A DNA stretch of 64,000 nt from Chara braunii (lineage: Eukaryota > Plantae > Charophyceae): the NCBI GenBank assembly GCA_003427395.1, contig BFEA01000042.1:2864787-2928786 (forward strand), read 5' to 3'. A model generated the notes under the pieces. It was not told the origin of the DNA, did no database searches, and saw nothing but the letters and a program-made list of their open reading frames with translations. This document shows, piece after piece, positions 40,801 to 53,620 of the stretch. Each line of letters opens with the position of its first letter. Within the stretch, counting starts at the first letter, position 1. A program made the position numbers and the translations under genes.

Positions 40801-43800
40801 TCAGGCTAAACCATTCACCACGGAAACAATGCTTAGCCTTAGACCAGAAATCCACCCTCAGAATAAACAAGAACTAAAACTCCTTCAGGCAAAAAACCCC
40901 AGAGTTAATTAGAGCAGCGAGGCCATTCACCATGGAAACAATGCCTGGTTCCCCCAGAACAACTAAATAAACATAGCAACCAGACCATTCACCTTAGAAA
41001 CAATGCCTTGTCCTTCAAAAAACAGTCAAATAAACACAACCCTTAGCCATTCACCATGGAAACAATGCTCAGGCTTTGGTTGACCTTTTCAAACGTATGC
41101 AAGACTACCTTCCTCCCACCTTCCCCCAGTTTACCCCTTTGTCTGCTATTAACCACAACAAAGAAGAAACTTAGGCTTCACTCTCACACGTTCCTTCCAT
41201 TCAGTCTGATTGGGTCCTGAAGAGAAAACAAAATCATAGGGACAACCTCATGCATACAATAGTCATAAACAAAACATGGGTGGTAGTAGGTTGTACAGAT
41301 GGAAATGGTTTACCTGACGATTCCCTGCCTCCAGAACTCCTCATGAGTTCCGGCAAAGCTCCCGCAATCGGTGGGTGGACTCCCCACAGAGTCTTGACGC
41401 GGACCTACGGGTTGCAATCCCGCCTGCCGCCTTCCTCTCGTAACCAGGGACCAGACTGAGACTTAGAAGGGCAGAAGGAGAAAGTTTCAGACTCTCAGAT
41501 CCAAGGAGGGTGCTCTCAGCCTCACGCGAGAGAGCCTTGTTACCTTCCTTCGTCGGAGGGCCCCGCAATGGCGGCCAAGTCGTAAGAACTTGGTTAACTC
41601 TCTGAAGCCAGATCACCGAGGTCAAACCCTCCGATGACTCTCCGGATTGCAGCAGTACCCCCTTCCCAGAAATGTGGTCACTCCCTTAGCCTACCATGCT
41701 CCAACCACTGCTTAGAACACCGCCATGTGTTTTGACTGAATGTTCGCAAGGGTAGCAGGAGCCTAGTGAAGTATGGCGCATGCAGCCGCCGTACAAAGCT
41801 AACACGGCAAAAGCAAGGGGACTGACAACTGCGAGTTGACTATACAAAGTCAACCGCAGGAAAACAGCCATCCGACCCTTGGCATTCAACCGCAGCACAC
41901 CCATACACACAAGAAGAAAGGAGACAAACTGCACCTCTCCATGACCCGCTCTCAGCCCTGGCCTTACTGCATGGCCTGTCGAGGCTAGAAGGGCGCAAGC
42001 TAGTCAGCAGCCGATGTGCTGTTGCTCCTCACTCCCTGAGCTCCAACGAGAAGGGTACAACCTTGGTCAAGTAAGCTTTCAGTTTATAGACTCACTCGCT
42101 ATGCTCAGGCCCACAAGCAAGTCATCATACCACGCTGTCACTCCTCCGTTATCTCAGTTCGCAAGCAAGGGGCATCGGTCAACAGGTAGGTCCTGAACTC
42201 CTCCACTGTCCTATCAGTACTCACCGGATACGTACAATGAGAATGAGTCTTCTGCTAACACGCGGGGGGGGATACACTATCCCTGTCGAGTAACAGAGTT
42301 CTTGAAGCTCACTGGGTAATAGTCTGCTAAGGTGAGCAAAGCGACCAGCAGTATCCCGATCAGGCTGTGTGCAGAAGACGACAGATCTACGAGCGGCCTG
42401 GCCAGTCGGATCGAGCCGACCAGTTCACGACCATCATGGCGATCAGGTACGTGCTACTTTCTTCCCCCTCTCACTATTACCAAATGTCTGCATGCACGCA
42501 CTTACCCCATCGCGCAGCGTGCCTGCTTCACGCCGAAACTGAAAGTCGCCGCCCTTCCGGTGTTAGGACAAGCAAAACGTGAATGAATCTTCCACCAAAA
42601 CGTGGAGGGGTTCATTCTGTTCTTGCTTCCTTTTCCTTTTACTTTGCACATTCCTGGCCCCACTTCGTGCCTGGGTTCTTCCCTTCTATTCTTCATCTGC
42701 CCTCACTGCCCTGGTGGCTGCCTCATCGATCAGATGGGCAAAACTTCGAACGAACCTTCTGCAAGAACCTGGCTAGGTGCGTTCTCCTCTTTCGTTCCCT
42801 CCCAAACTTACTCCCGGGAACCACCGCGCAGCCTATTCGCTACCAACTCCGACTGAACTAACCCATAATCGAATCTAATACTCCCACCGATCTCGCCCGA
42901 CCCAATACCCATGGATTCGGCTTTCACCCCGCCGAAATCCGTTCGGAAACCCATACGATATGCTTTCCCCACTCTCCTTCTTCCCGTTGTCTCCATAGCT
43001 CCGCGCGGACCATTTCTTATTGACCTCCCGATCTACCAACTCTTTACTAAAACTATCATTCTTGTCTGATTTGCCTAACATCAAAACCTCTATCCACTAT
43101 CCTACCTCGCTCGATTCCATAAAGAATCGGGCATGATGTCAGACCTTCCTGCTTCCATATCCGCTCCTTTCCGGCATCACCACGCGGCCGCTTTCTCAAC
43201 TAACTCCAATCCTAATCGACTAACCCCAAAACTAACTATACCATCAGCTTCGCCATGGCAAAAAACCCCAGTCTAACCTCTTCCTCCACCCGAATCCGTC
43301 CCCCATCGCCCATGCTCTGTGTTTTGCCCAGTTCACCCTTTGCCTCCATCTTCGAACGCATCTGGCGCGTAATCCGCCGAGATTCGTTCCTTCCTCCTTT
43401 TCGTGCTCGGTGCCTGAGCCTTGCCACTTCTCCGCATACACTCCGCCACACCCCCCGTCCACATTTATCCATCCCCTCCATCTTGCTTTTGGTCGGCCCG
43501 TTCGCTAGCCTTGCCTGGTGTTGCCTTACCGCTGCGCCCCGCTGCTGCTACCTCGTTGCCCCCGCTGTCCTGCGCTAGCTGCTGTCGCAGCGCCCGGTCC
43601 CACAACGCTACTCCTCCGTCGCTCCTGTCTGTCGTGGCCAGCTGCCAATGTCGTGCTCGCTATTGCCCCGGCCTCCCTTCGTAGTCTTAGCGACCTGCTA
43701 CTCCGCCCACTATTGCGCGGCTCTACCCGACCAGCCCCGTTGTGTGCCGCCTCCTTCCGCCTGCATGCACTTGGCGCGTTTCCGCCCCCGGGTTCACTCT

Positions 43801-44051
43801 CCCCCTCTTTTACCTTGTTTTCCCGATACGTTGTCCTGTGAACACCAGCGACACTCACCTCTACAGATCGGGTGCACTGCTATCGAGGGAACCAAAATCC
43901 ACAACAACGCGTTCACTAACTCGTCTGCTGCACCCTTTCCTTAGCCCCCGCTTTACAGTTCCACCCCGCTTTCAACACGGCAGCTCCTGGTCGTAAGGGT
44001 ATTCGCGCCGGCACCGGGCTCCACACCCGTGTAAGGGTATTCGCGCCGACA
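37819..44051 (-). repeat. 5' LTR with a ~961-bp deletion and a 38-bp junction duplication
   Basis: Lacks the equivalent of 30529-31489; units 43993-44030 and 44031-44068 are duplicated. Confidence 0.85.
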
Positions 44052-46108
44052 TCGGGCTCCACACCCGTGCCGGCGGACAAAGGCAAGCAGCCCCAGGGGG
44101 ATCTGCACACCCTCCTCACCTCCCTCCTCGCTCCCATTCAGGCACAACTCGCGGTCCTCGCGCCCTTACAGGCGTAGGTGGCGACCCTTGCCGCCGGCAT
44201 GCAGCAACTCCAGGACGCTGCCTGCCCTTCATCTCCTGGCTCCCAATCCGGGTCCCCCGTCCTCCGACAGGGTGGCCACGACGGAGCTTCCTCCTCCACT
44301 GCCCCCGACCTTGCCATCTTGGTGACTGTCCATGCCCGTAGCACGACAGCCGCCATGAGCCAGGCCCTTCCTCAGTTTACGGGCGCACCCGTCCAGATTC
44401 CGGTCACTACGGCCACGGGACCACAACTCGCTACCATGGTCTCAGCTTTTCCGGGTGCCCCGCTTCTCCCCCCCCTTCACACGACTGCAGCGCCACCTGG
44501 TTCTCCCCCCTCTGGGATGCCCCGCGCCGCTTGTGCGTCCACTTCCTCCACTCTTCCTCCTGCCACTCCTCGCTTGATCCACGTCCAACGTCTCGAGGAT
44601 GAGCTTGCCCAGATCCGGGCCGATCTCGCCCTTTTACGCCTTCAGCCACCCGCACCCTCACAGGTGGCCGCGCCTTCGGGCACACCTCCTCCTTCCTCTA
44701 CCCTTCCTTCCATGCAGCCCCATCCTACCTTCTTCATGTTCCTTCGGTTGTTGTGACCTCTTCTACCGCAGCTCCCTCGCAGCCTGCTGCTGTTGCCCCC
44801 GCCGCTCCCCCATATGGCCCGGGCGCACAATCAGTTGCGCCCCTTTCTCCAGGACCTGCGCCGACTTACTTAGCCGTGGCACAGACCTCTGCTCCTCAAT
44901 CCCCTCGCCGCCAAAACGGTGGCGCACCACTCGTCCGCTTGGCGGACATTCCCTCATCCGACGGTACAGGGATACGCGTGTGTCGGTGGCTGCAGTCTGC
45001 CACCCGCACACTTCAGCTCATGGGCGCCACACCCGACACATGGGTGGGTCACCTCTCCACGCGCCTGCGTGGCGGTCCTTTTGACGCCTGGGAGGATTTC
45101 TACGCTTACTCCCTTCATGTGGATCGGACTCCGACCTTCATGGATTTTCAGGCATTCCTCGAGGATCGCTTTGGAGCCCGACATGACGTGACTGACGCCT
45201 TCGAGCGTGTCATCACTACACGCTGGTCCGACTCTGGTGGCGCTGCTGGCCTGGATCACCACATTCAGGTCGTTCAGGACGCCCGCCTCATTTGTGACGT
45301 GGCGTTCCTCCCCGAGGCTGCCCTTATCGATCGTTTCTTGGCCAGCCTCCCGCTCGATTACCGCTCCGAGTTATGGCGGTACGAGTTCACATCGGCCCCG
45401 CAGGCTTACGAGGCCGTCAGGGACCATCAGTGGATGCGGGCCCGTCTTCACCCCGCCTCCTCCTCCCAGCCCCAGCGTACTGGTTACGCCTCCTCCTCTC
45501 ACGGTACTTCCCAGCGCCGTTCCCCTTTCCTCGGTCGCCCCCGCCGTTCCGCGCAGCAGGGCCGCCACTTCTCGCGCCGCTTCAGCGCGATCGAGTACAG
45601 TGAGCAGGACGTTGGTGCCCCGCTGTCGCAAGAGGGTGACCATGATAGCGACGACCTCGACCTCGGCGAGGCCGTCCACCACCACCTAGAGGACTCTACT
45701 CTCCCTATGTCCGAGCGCTTCCAGCTCATCCTCTCCGCCGTCTCCCGGGCACGCAGCCGCCCTGGTCACGCTGGCACGTCGCCCCCTGAGGTCCCTCAGC
45801 AGGACCTCCCTCAGGGCTTTGTCCCTCCTCGCGGTGTCCTTTCCGCTGAGGAGCGCGCGGCTATTTTGGGTCGGCGTGGGTGTTTTCGATGCCGCCAGGA
45901 TGGTCATACCTCCTCGCGGTGCCCTTACACTGCCGCCCTTGACCGCCACTATGCTGACCTTTCCCGCCAGCGTCGTGCTCAGTCCCCCCCGACGCCTCGC
46001 ATCCCCGCGGCGCCTCCTAGCCACGGTGCAGTGTACACCTGCGCCCTCTTCAGTAGTCGGCTTCCCGACATCCCCGTCGCGGTTTGCCCCTCTTGCTACT
46101 GGAGTTGA
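44052..46108 (+). pseudogene. gag: Ty3/gypsy gag of the host element; its 5' end lies at ~24380-24431
   Basis: Removing the insertion restores MADGVSYAANAATTMAPGSTPVPADKGKQP in frame; retrotransposon gag core (WEDF..TF.DFQAFLEDRF); CFRCRQDGHTSSRC knuckle. Confidence 0.85.
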
Positions 46109-46375
46109 GGTCTCGCTGGACCCGACAAAGTATACTCAGCCCTCTGTCGCAACACCGTCCGCGCCTCCGCAAACCACCGTCTTCCCTCCTAACCCGCCGC
46201 GACTACCGACACGTCGAGCCATTCACTCATCTCGTTGCATCGAGCAGCGAGCAGCTCGCTACTCGCTAGGACGTTGTGTCCTCTCTTCTGGACTTGAGCA
46301 TGCTCCAGGCTCGTTAGGAGCGACTCACCCTCCACGTCGCTGCACTGCGTCGTCTTCTCACCATCCTCTCGGACG

Positions 46376-46885
46376 TGATTGGGAAATGAATCGGCACTAT
46401 GTTGCATGTTGGGTGCAAGTGTGAGATGAGGGGGGAGAAGATCTCTCTCTTCNNNNNNNNNNNNNNNNNNNNNNNNNNNNNNNNNNNNNNNNNNNNNNNN
46501 NNNNNNNNNNNNNNNNNNNNNNNNNNNNNNNNNNNNNNNNNNNNNNNNNNNNNNNNNNNNNNNNNNNNNNNNNNNNNNNNNNNNNNNNNNNNNNNNNNNN
46601 NNNNNNNNNNNNNNNNNNNNNNNNNNNNNNNNNNNNNNNNNNNNNNNNNNNNNNNNGGCGCCATGCTGCATGTTGGGTGCAAGTGTGAGATGGGGGGGNG
46701 GGGGGGAAGATCTCCTTCTTCTCTCTCTCCCATTCTCTTTTTTTTTTTTTTACCTTTTTGGGTTTTCTTCCCCATTGCGATTGGGAAACGAATCGGCGTC
46801 ATGCTGCATGTTGGGTGCAAGTGTGAGATGGGGAAGGGGGGAGGAAGATCTCCCTCTTTTCTCTCTCCCATTCTCTTTTTTTTTA
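46376..46885. repeat. ~138-bp tandem repeat (at least 3 copies, with a gap), possibly subterminal to a large transposon
   Basis: ATG(T/C)TGCATGTTGGGTGCAAGTGTGAGATG at 46399, 46663 and 46801. Confidence 0.75.
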
Positions 46886-46956
46886 GGGGGGGACGAACGG
46901 GGTTACGGCGGTTCTCGCCCTGCCCACCTACGGGGCCGGGGTGCGTCGTTTCGAGA

Positions 46957-49900
46957 ATGCCGTACCCCCGCTCCCTCCCCTCTCCGAGAACGGGATGGGG
47001 GGACCGGGCGATGCTCGAATGCGTCGGCGACTTACGTGAGGCGATAGTGAAAGGTTTGATATTTGAATGCGATCCGTTCTTCTGTTTGGAATGTGCCTAC
47101 CATCAGGAGGAGCATCTGCTGTCCCAGAAAAGGGAGTCTATGACACCTGCACAATCTATAGAGATAGGGAGTGGGCCCTTGATTGGGTGGGGGGGCTACA
47201 CGAGGCGGGATGTGGGGCCACTGTGTTTCTGAAGAACGCCACGGGTGATGACTGGTTCTGTGTTGGAGGGATTATTAAATCCGAGGATGAGAGGATGGAC
47301 GGGCACGGACGAAAGTTCAGGAGGTTTTTTCTCACAACGGTGTTCGACAAACAAGGAGTGGATCATGCGAAGGCCGACAATAAAGTCAGCCTTGATTACA
47401 ATTTGTTCAAGGGGTTTGGCGGTAAGGCTACTACCATGAAAGCCTTCGATGTGTCCCCGAAAGAATACGGGAGTGTGTTGACAATGCTTGGCCCTGGGAA
47501 ATTCCTCGCCAAAACGAACGGGTACAGGAGACTCGGAAACAGTCCCACGGTAGAGGCCGAGCATCGTATGTCCCCGACATTCGTGCCTTTTGACGCGCCG
47601 GAGGAGGATCTCCCCGGTATCGCAATAACAGAGAGACAGAGGACGCCACAGTGTTTTCCAACGCAGCAGACGTCAGCGAGTGGAAGCCGGCGCCGCAACA
47701 AACAGAGCCAGCCGCGTCGTCCGCCTCGCGAAGAGGACCGTGGTCCTCCTGTGGGTTCGTCCCGCCGGAAGGAATGTGCTGGACCGTCTCAGCCGTCCAG
47801 CCGGCAAGACGAAGGCACCCCTGCCATCACATACAAAAGGAAGGTCGTGACAACTGCTCCGTCTCCCACTCGTCAGAAGGACGAAGGTGGTGCATCCCGG
47901 AAAGCGGCGCTGCGGGAGATAAGCGAAGGATTGGACGAGGAAACAGAGGATGATACTAGGATCTGTGTTGGTCGACATCCACAGGGTAATCATGTCGTCG
48001 ACGATGAGGAATGTGGGGTCGACAAGGACGATGTAGAACTATGAGGAGGACGACGGGGGCGATGGAGAAAACGATGATGCTTATCCTGTCGTTGATGAGG
48101 ATGGACGGCAAGGCATATCTGAGCGGTCGGAGGGCAGTGTGCAGAAAAGGAAGCGACAATCTTCAACAAGTCCAACGACGACGACCGATAAGCACGCTGC
48201 GAAGAAACTCACTGTCGCTGCATCTCGACAGACACTCAGAGCTTCTCAAGAGGCGGTCGCTGAAAGCGTGAAGAAACGAAAAGGGTTGGCGTCAACCAGG
48301 GCGACAAAAGCGGAGAAACGTCCACCAAAAAGAAAGCGGATAGCTGATGAGGGTGACTCTGGAGAGGATGCCGAAGGGGTTCCTCCAGGAGTTGTGTCGG
48401 AACAGACACAACCTTCCGCCAACACCCATGATGAAGCCATCGACACAACACGGTGCTTCTTCCTCGAGTTCGATGAAGATGGGTTTGCGAAGAAGAAACG
48501 GGAACACATTGAAGTGGACGTCACGAAGATCTTGCCAATCCCTGAAGGTGACATCCTCTTCAACCATAGAACGTTGGATGAAACGTTGGTGCAGTCCATA
48601 TACGATGCGATCCATAATGCGACCAAGGAAACCAACGAGAAGTGGGATATCACGACTTTCATCCTGACTCCTATTGTGCCCAACAGGGACGGGTCTCAAG
48701 GCAGACGGATCACACCGGAGCAATTCGACGTCGAACTAACTCATACATACAACTGGTATGCTGTTGCTGGCCAGCACACGGTTGAGGCAATAAACAGACT
48801 CATTAAAGACAAGTCACCGACCGAGAAAGTGTATGGCTTGAGGTCATACTCTCACGTATGTGTTGTCTACTTTGACGATGACACAAAGAGAGGATATCCG
48901 TACGTCTCGACGTTCGACAATACGAGGGAGGAGCGTTCCATCCCAAGATCGTTTTCGTTATTTGTGCGGCAAATCATAACATTTTAGGATAAGAGGAATG
49001 ACCGGATCAGTCTGCCAGGCACCGTGTCCCCGAATGACGTCGAGGGAATAAAACAGAAAAATAAATGGGAAGCGTTCATCAATGCTGCCTTCAAAATGAC
49101 ACCTGATTCCGGTCTCATAAACTCGTCCCTGGAGAACGACTACTGCAAGGACTGGACGAACAAGATGCGCGGATACATGAATCTTGCGCAGTGCGGCGAG
49201 ACAGTATGACCACTAGTACATAAATTCTTTGACATGTACGAGAAGGGGCTATTGCCGCGAGTCGACAGTGTGAGATACATCGACCTGCCGGGGAAAGCGG
49301 AACGGAGGCTGCCTGGGCAATACTTCCTCAAGGACAACTCCGGCAAAAAAGTCATGTTCCACTGCATCAAGGCCAGAAAGGGGCCACCAAGCGCAACGGT
49401 GTTTATACCTGACTTGACGCCCACAATCTTCAAGTTGTTCGACGATATGACAGCGAGAGAGAAGCAAGTGGCGCTTCACCACATGATGCGTGGTGACGTG
49501 ATCGTGACATCACGTACGGTACCTCGTGGTAGATGCAACATGGCGGACCTGGTGAAATATACTCGGCGTAAAAGATATATGGTCTGTATGTTCAACTACA
49601 TATTGTTCAAGGCCGAGGGGAGGTCAAAAGAAGAGTGCAGCGCTGACTTCTTCATCGGTTGTACGACCATCTTGGAGAGGTACAGCAAAAACAGCCTGAC
49701 GGACGAGAAATGGACCGAGGAACGCGACCACATCCCTGACGACAAGGCGAGGAAGGTGCCGAGGCGTTTGGGCGGTCAAGATGAGACTAATGGTGAGAAC
49801 GGTGCGAGACTGGAGGCAACCCAAGGCATGTACAAGGAAACCCCTTTCCACCTCAAGTGTTTTATCTACGAGGCGATCGGTTGCTTGGACGACCTGAGAG

Positions 49901-52440
49901 TGGAGGTTAATCGGATATCCTCCAGTGCTTGTCACATCTTTTGGGAAGTGGGGAAGAGGATTACCACGATCCTGCCATTTGAAATCGAACCGAAGGGACT
50001 GCTCACCAACAACGAGGAGGTTGTTGGTACGGCGAGGGGGATGAAGATACGGGCAACCATTCGTGATATGTCAACATCACCGAAATGTGTTCCGTGGGAT
50101 GGTGACACATTTTTCAAACTGTACGCTTTCCTTATGACATGCTGTGGCGAAAACTGGGCCTTGATCATTTTCGCGCCGATGAAACACCAGAAACAGGTGA
50201 TGCAGAGTGTGTACAAGTGGGATGATGTTGCGGTGCTCACAGGGTCATGGTACAGACACTACACACCTTCGACAACCTTGAACAAGTACAACAACATTGC
50301 AGTTCGGTACACTGATATGATGGCTATTGTCCTCCACGCTGAGAACGACAATTTGGACAATATAATGGTTGCGCCGAAATTGCGAGCCGAGTTGACAAAT
50401 TTGAACGTTGAAGAGGGTGAATTTGTGAGGTGCTCAGGGGAGTGTATCGGTGTGGAGGGCGACATTGATGCGGTTTATTCTTGGATGGAACGAGAGTCAG
50501 CACGTCTCCGAAACTACGCAGCTCATTCATTAGGAAGGACAATGGCGTGATGTTGTTGGGCAGGGCGCATGCGGGACTGATTTGGGAACTTGCTCGCGCC
50601 GGACACAACGTGTTTGCGTGTGACGACACGACAAAAGAGCTCACATACCTTTCCAAGTTTTTTGAGTTTTATGTGAAGGATCCGAGGAACAAATGTAGGT
50701 TCGAAAAGCCCCAAGTCGAGCACCGCAAGGACCGGGACATATACTAGTATAAGCTCAACAGAAAGAGGAAAAAGTTTGGGCTTACTTGTTCGGTGACGCT
50801 CCACAGTCGGCTACGTCATCAGGAAAAGTGAACTCGAGATAGCAATGAACGAGTACCACGGATCGCACATGAGTGTTTTCCACATGTTCGTCGCATGTTG
50901 CGAGCATCTGTATTTCAATATGAAGAAAAGAGCATTGTCAAGCAGGGACTATGCGGACTTGGCACTTAAAGTCGGCAACTTCAGCAACATCGATTGGGAC
51001 GAAGACACGTCAGACTCCGACCTGGACGTTTCGTCGCGCGCGGCACGAGGTGTGCCGGAGGGAGCACGTACTGAGGAGCCGCAAGGGAGCACCAACGCAG
51101 ATGCGAAGAAGGCGAGCTCGAGTTTAGGAGCGACACGTGCGAGTGAGGGAAATGTGGAAGATAGAATGAATGCAAAGGGAGAAAAGAATGGTGTACCAAC
51201 GAACCCGTTGGATGCGAGTGAGGGAATCGTTAACTCACGGGGCAACACAGCGGGAGGAGAGAATGGGTGTGCAATGACCCCGCCGACAGCTGGACCATCA
51301 TCGACGCATGCACCGCAGCCCGAGCAGCGAACACTTACGTCGATGGACACAAATGAAGACGAAGATTTGGATATGACAGCACTCACGCCGAAACTCGTGC
51401 CTGAAAAATCATTACCTCAAGGCTTTGCTCAAGACCCTTCAGTGTCATACTTGCTGCAAGACAAGTACAAGAACTCATCGGACGAGGATTGGGGTCATCA
51501 TATTCTCTGGCATGAGGGCGTGTTCGAACTGTGCGTGTTTGCAGGCAAGTGGCACATGGCTGTGAAGATAAGAGACCGCGGATGGGTCGCGAAGGAAAGA
51601 AAGGACGCTGCGATATGGCACAGCGTGACGGAAACGCAACTTTTTCGGCGAGTTTTAAAAGAAAATGTTGGTGCAGGCGAGGTGGCTGTAGCGGCAAAGG
51701 CAAAAGCTTTGTTTGAGCATTTGCGTGCGAACAAACAACTAGAATTCAGCACAAAGTTCTACGACCTTGCATCAAGTGTGTCGTACGGCTCCATCGATTG
51801 GAAAATCAAACAGGCGTCAGTAGTACAAGGAATCAATAGCATCACCTCTCTGAAGACTCAAGACGTCATCGCAACTAACACCATCGTCGCGATGGCCAGA
51901 GGGGATGCAGGCTGCGAAACGGACACACGTGCGAACGCAAGTCACATGCTGAATGAACAGCTGCGAGCATGTGTTCAACAAAGCACACAGAGAAGCGCAA
52001 TGGGGGATTCCACTATGATACGCAAGGACGGCGACGACATGGAGTCGGACACATTGACAGAGCAGCCAACGCGGGGGATCAACGATGAGACAACAATCGT
52101 TGGATCTTTCGGGTCTCTTGTAGCGACAATAGCGGCGAGGCAAGGCGTATCTAAGATGATGGAGACCGATGCTGGCCAGGATGGTGAAAGCCAGACGGTG
52201 AAGGTGGCGCAAGAGGAGGTGGCAGCAACAACAGAGGAGACGGAGAAAGGTGAGGGATCCCGCGAACAAAATTCCATAATAGATATGAGATCGGAGAGTG
52301 CGGGCGAGGATATGATCCAAGATAACGAGCAGAAAGATGACCACGCTGCACCAAGAGTGGAAGGTGACCACGAAGAGGACGCGCAACGACCGAGACGGTC
52401 AACGAGAGTAGTAATTGAGAAAACTATGTTAGATGTGTAG
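46957..52440 (+). pseudogene. Decayed large gene with a ParB/Srx-like domain and a degenerate N4/N6 DNA-methyltransferase-like domain
   Basis: Seven collinear ORF pieces joined by isolated stops or frameshifts. HRTLDETLVQSIYDAI..FILTPI..WYAVAGQHTVEA (GQH at 48769-48777); ALIIFAP..W.R..MERESARL..FIRKDNGVMLLGRAHAG..ARAGHNVFACD. Confidence 0.55.
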
Positions 52441-52723
52441 GAAAGGCTTAGACGGGCATGGCCGTTTACACGTTTCTGGTTATATTGATGTGTCGCCTCA
52501 AATCATGGTGCGATATTCACTCGGTCCTCACATGGGTTGTCTACACATTTCTGGTTATATTGATAGGTTGCCGCTAGGTACTATGTTAGAAAACTATGCT
52601 AGACAGGAATGGATGTCCACGCGTTTTAGGTTATATTGTTGTGTTATTGGAAGTGTTATTGTGACACTGCAATTCTCGAGATTGCACTGCCGATAATAGA
52701 GGGTGCCCCATCTCGATACGTAG

Positions 52724-52759
<36 letters not shown>

Positions 52760-53620
52760 NNNNNNNNNNNNNNNNNNNNNNNNNNNNNNNNNNNNNNNNN
52801 NNNNNNNNNNNNNNNNNNNNNNNNNNNNNNNNNNNNNNNNNNNNNNNNNNNNNNNNNNNNNNNNNNNNNNNNNNNNNNNNNNNNNNNNNNNNNNNNNNNN
52901 NNNNNNNNNNNNNNNNNNNNNNNNNNNNNNNNNNNNNNNNNNNNNNNNNNNNNNNNNNNNNTGTGTGTGTGTGTGTGTGTATGTGCGTGTGTGTGTGTGA
53001 GTAGGCAGAGGTGGACTCGTTAGCACCATTAGGTTCTGTGTGTGGATTAAATTGTGTATGCGTGCTTGGTACAATTTTATAATAAAGGCATATGAAAACA
53101 CACTATATGGGGTACTTTGCCTGCCATGTGTTAAGGAAACCTCAAATTTAAGAGATTTTGTTATGCCATCTTCTAGTGCGCTGCGAATGGTCATCATAAC
53201 CTAAATCCCCACAAACTTGAAAAATGGAAACCATATCAACGAAATGGAAAAAAAAAAAAAAAAAACGTGAAAAAATGTGAAACAGCAAGGCTGAAGTAGT
53301 AAACTTATATTCAAAATATTGCCAAGAGTAGTGAACATGAACATCAGAGAACAGATGGAAGCAGGGTTACCGTTAACCACCAAAGATCGCGATAAGTATC
53401 ATTGATCGATTTGCTCTAAAAAAATACACGTAAAATTGGCAAGAATTGTAGTTGTGTTATGCGGCATATTACGAGAAAGGGTGGAGGTCGGGATGTTCAT
53501 GTCAACTTGCTATAATAGTATCCTGTTGGCAGGATTTAGCAATTGAAATTTTGTCCGCCGTTTCGAGCATGCAAATATGGCAGGCCCCAATAACGATACC
53601 TTACGCTGACGCATAATGCA

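Larger units (their letters stand above)
24432..44051 (-). mobile_element. Giant non-autonomous (gag-only) LTR retrotransposon, Ty3/gypsy-related
   Basis: Two long direct repeats bounded by TGTCG...CGACA; 18-nt PBS; 4-bp TSD CCGG; internal gag with CCHC; no pol seen. Confidence 0.9.

Noticed and set aside
24432-44051. Segmental duplication or haplotype misassembly
   Set aside because: TG...CA termini, PBS, TSD and internal gag define an LTR pair, and the copies differ by dispersed substitutions and indels.
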